From: Pseudomonadota bacterium
GTDB lineage: Bacteria > Bdellovibrionota_B > Oligoflexia > Silvanigrellales > Silvanigrellaceae
Assembly (NCBI GenBank): GCA_039799905.1
Contig: JBDLRP010000039.1
Location: 96,001 to 160,000, forward strand
Length of the DNA stretch: 64,000 nucleotides
Direction of reading: 5' to 3'
Part shown: positions 61,196-64,000 of the stretch, piece after piece
How the letters are laid out: every line of letters begins with the position of its first letter
How positions within the stretch are numbered: the stretch's first letter is position 1
The notes under the pieces: model-generated
The model's input: only the letters and a program-made list of their open reading frames with translations
The model's database searches: none
What the model was told of the DNA's origin: nothing
Program-made: the position numbers and the translations under genes

Positions 61196-62700
61196 CAGTC
61201 TTTCTTGGCCAAAAGGGATTCAATGTATCCCTGCGTGGCCGGGAAATAGTAACCGACGCCAAATGAGACAGAGTTCCATGAGGTAAAATCGAAATACCTG
61301 CTTCTGTCCAATGCGGCTTTGTTGAGACTGCCGAAACCATGGACACCTAATTGCAGAAATACGTTTTGTGAAACGTAGTTGACCCAATCAGCCCCGACGT
61401 GAATAAGTGGAAAATTTTTCAGTTTGCGGGTTTCGGCATCGCGCGACGTCGCCTTATAGAAACCTGTTCCAAGGCCAAAAAAACCGCGCACCGCCCCCGC
61501 TGGTGTGACAAATGACAACACTCCATCCAGCGGAATGGAAAGCGCGAATGCCCTAAAATCGCGTTGTTCAGCCGCTTCCGGATATTCCGAAATAAACGCA
61601 CGTCCCTCGGAAGTGTCTCCATCAATTGCGACCCGGTTGTGGATTGAATCAAAATACAACGACGGACCAAACTCAAAATCAACGTCCCAAGTCTCGTATT
61701 GGTCAGGATGCAAAACTGATGTGAGACTCAGTAATCCGACAAAACCCCGGTTCTTGATTTGTGTCTCGCGGTACGGAATCGAGGTTTTGTACTTCGGCGA
61801 GGGAGTTGAGGCGGATAATGCAAAACTGTTTGGCAACAGACGCAAAGAACGGCCGAGAGTCTGCATCAACAAATTGCTCTGCAAATTCTCAAAACTCTCG
61901 CGAGAAAACTTCTTTTTAAAAGAGGAAATCTGCTTCTTTGTGTAAAGGTCCCAAAGTCTGAACTCCACCTCGACTTGCCCTCCGGCCGGGTCAGCGAGAA
62001 CAACGTCGACTCCGCGGGTCGCTTGCGTATCGCGCAAGATTTGCACCAGCTGCCGCTCGCGGTGATTGCCGATGAGCTCAGAAAACAACTTTCCTTCCAT
62101 GGACGAGCGCCGCATCGCGGCAACCATATCTGCAGGACCAACAAAGATCGCACACTCACTGTCGAATCTGCGCGCGAATTCTTTTGCTTCTTCCATCAAA
62201 GCATACGATAGACTCAAGTCACTCTTGCCGGCGTAAGGTGGGATCACCAGAACAGGCGCACACTTCTCGTGAATCTCGGTTGCAACCGCCTCGGGCGGGT
62301 TGATGCTCTCGCTCACAGTGAATGGACACTCAAAAGCGTTTCCTGTGAAATAATCTGTTCCAATGGCGCCCGCTAGGAGCAAGCCGGCGAACGGCGGACT
62401 CGCCAGCACAAATGCAGCCAAACCGAGATTCCCCAAAAGCACGGTGCCGTAACGGAATTTACAATCAACCGAACGGACAGCAGAAAAATCACCCGATCCA
62501 AGTTTAAGCTCAAGCACACTGCTGCGCTCTGCCGCAAAGGTCACTGGAGTCTTTCCTGCAGCCTCGCCATTGACGATCAAATTTAGACCGCGCGGTTGCG
62601 AATCAAATGCGATGTGCCTTCGGGAACCGCCAATCGTCGCGCACCCAAGCAACATGCCGGAAAAACAGACTGCAATGATATTAATTTTCATGAATCTCAT
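61195..62700 (-). CDS. PEGA-domain lipoprotein with a probable C-terminal beta-barrel
   Basis: Lipobox LLGC; SQPRG..VNG..GKTP (PEGA); C-terminal VSFGVGYYF. Confidence 0.7.
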   Translation of the reverse strand: MRFMKINIIAVCFSGMLLGCATIGGSRRHIAFDSQPRGLNLIVNGEAAGKTPVTFAAERSSVLELKLGSGDFSAVRSVDCKFRYGTVLLGNLGLAAFVLASPPFAGLLLAGAIGTDYFTGNAFECPFTVSESINPPEAVATEIHEKCAPVLVIPPYAGKSDLSLSYALMEEAKEFARRFDSECAIFVGPADMVAAMRRSSMEGKLFSELIGNHRERQLVQILRDTQATRGVDVVLADPAGGQVEVEFRLWDLYTKKQISSFKKKFSRESFENLQSNLLMQTLGRSLRLLPNSFALSASTPSPKYKTSIPYRETQIKNRGFVGLLSLTSVLHPDQYETWDVDFEFGPSLYFDSIHNRVAIDGDTSEGRAFISEYPEAAEQRDFRAFALSIPLDGVLSFVTPAGAVRGFFGLGTGFYKATSRDAETRKLKNFPLIHVGADWVNYVSQNVFLQLGVHGFGSLNKAALDRSRYFDFTSWNSVSFGVGYYFPATQGYIESLLAKKD

Positions 62701-62719
62701 GAATCAAAAAATTCCGACG

Positions 62720-63421
62720 TTAGTCCCGCACAGCCGCGCCAACATATACTCCGGCCATCCGACGGGTGATTTTGAACTTCGGCCTAATTCTGAATTTTTC
62801 CATTGTCAGGGATGAAATACTCAAACCCGCCTGTTCAGTCGTCGTAAAGCCGTTATGCAACAATAAACCGAGTAATTCCTGCGGACGAATGAACTTGCGC
62901 CAATCGTGGGTACCGCGTGGAATACGTCCGGAAATCCATTCAAGAGCGACAATCATCCAAACAAACGAAAAGGCCGTACGGTTGATTGTATCGTAGAAGA
63001 ACAATCCCTGTGGTTTGAGAACCCGACGGACCTCCTGAAGAACCTTAGAGAGATCCGCCACGTGCTCCAACACATCAACACAAACAACGACATCAAAACT
63101 ACCGTCGGCAGCAGGAATAGCTTCTCCGGTTCCGACCTTGTATTCAATATTCAGGCCTTTCCCCGATGAATGTCCTCGAGCGACGTTGAGCAAAGGTGCA
63201 GAAGGATCAACGCCGACAACAATTGCTCCGCGCTCAGCCAAAAACTCTGACACAAAGCCGCCACCACAACCCAAATCGAGGACGCGTTTGCCTTTCCAAT
63301 CGCTCAAAGTGCGGTCAAAAAACTCAAATCGGGCGGGAATCATGTGCACGAGATCCTGAAATGGACCAGAGTCATCCCACCACGAATCAGCCATGTCGCT
63401 GTATTGCTGCAAATTGTTCAT
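62720..63421 (-). CDS. ubiG: UbiG-family O-methyltransferase
   Basis: WWDDSG, LDLGCGGG, FDVVVCVDVLEHV, TINRT, GTHDWRKFIRP. Confidence 0.9.
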   Translation of the reverse strand: MNNLQQYSDMADSWWDDSGPFQDLVHMIPARFEFFDRTLSDWKGKRVLDLGCGGGFVSEFLAERGAIVVGVDPSAPLLNVARGHSSGKGLNIEYKVGTGEAIPAADGSFDVVVCVDVLEHVADLSKVLQEVRRVLKPQGLFFYDTINRTAFSFVWMIVALEWISGRIPRGTHDWRKFIRPQELLGLLLHNGFTTTEQAGLSISSLTMEKFRIRPKFKITRRMAGVYVGAAVRD

Positions 63422-63542
63422 TGTCAGAGTCCGCCCCGCGCGCCACGTTGGCAAATTGAAACCAGCTAGTATAAACCAGGCCGCCGGTGATTTTCGTAAC
63501 GGAACACCGCCGACAGGACCTGCTCATCATTCGGGAATCCAG

Positions 63543-64000
63543 ATGACGACTCAGAATGCCACGCGTGCGCTGTTTTTCCAACCCGAAGAGGAGCAGAAAC
63601 TCCGACAGCTGGTGGAGCGAAACCTCAATGCCGCCATCGATTTTCTCTCGCCCGATAAAGTGAATAAATTGCACAGCGATCTCAGCCTACCCGACCTCGA
63701 GGCTTTGTTCCGCGAGGTGGAAATTCCTGCGGATGGTCTTGGAGTCGACAAAGCACTCGATCAGGCTATTGAGCGAGTCGTCAAACATTCGGTTCACGTT
63801 TCCGACCCTCACTACATTGGCCACATGACCGGTGTGACGCCGTACTTTCACATGGGGCTCGAACTGCTGATCGCAGCACTCAACCAAAACGTAGTCAAAA
63901 TCGAAACCGCGCTCGCGGGCAGCTTTGTCGAAGGACAGCTGCTCGCATGGATCCACCGGCTGGTCTACGGAAAAAACTCAGACTATTACAAAGCTCGGAT
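63543..64000 (+). CDS. panP: PLP-dependent aspartate 1-decarboxylase (PanP-like), truncated by the window end
   Basis: My translation (absent from the ORF track): SVHVSDPHYIGHMT, ALNQNVVKIET, WIHRLVY; group II decarboxylase of PanP type. Confidence 0.75.
   Translation, partial: MTTQNATRALFFQPEEEQKLRQLVERNLNAAIDFLSPDKVNKLHSDLSLPDLEALFREVEIPADGLGVDKALDQAIERVVKHSVHVSDPHYIGHMTGVTPYFHMGLELLIAALNQNVVKIETALAGSFVEGQLLAWIHRLVYGKNSDYYKAR

Overview
Gene-dense bacterial chromosomal window, mostly housekeeping. Gene content and style suggest Bdellovibrionota/Oligoflexia or a related former deltaproteobacterium; this is inference, not a database result. Recognisable genes: alr-queA-tgt, an orphan gspC-like gene, rpmF, a cysteine desulfurase, glpD-rarD, livKHMGF-panC-plsB, nadE, a TrpR/YerC-type regulator, rpsF-(DUF2232-like)-rplI without rpsR, a ceramidase-like lipoprotein, a glutathione peroxidase, a partial complex I cluster (nuoCD-E-F-G-I), a Sua5/YciO protein, a serine protease, tatD, ubiG and a truncated PanP-type decarboxylase. 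Many orphan lipoprotein and secreted-protein genes lie between them. I saw no tRNA, rRNA, CRISPR array, integrase or transposase. Main observations: (1) a ~2.4 kb AT-rich two-lipoprotein islet bounded by a perfect 46-bp direct repeat that duplicates the overlapping 3' ends of two convergent genes; (2) a putative metal-sensing ECF sigma/anti-sigma pair divergent from an outer-membrane protein-HMA-MerT-like-Gpx operon, with two face-to-face GTCAC..CGTA promoter motifs; (3) recurring sigma28-like promoters in front of uncharacterised genes; (4) an operon of three secreted helical proteins sharing a C-terminal cysteine-pair pattern; (5) an S6:S18-type leader retained although rpsR is absent from the operon.
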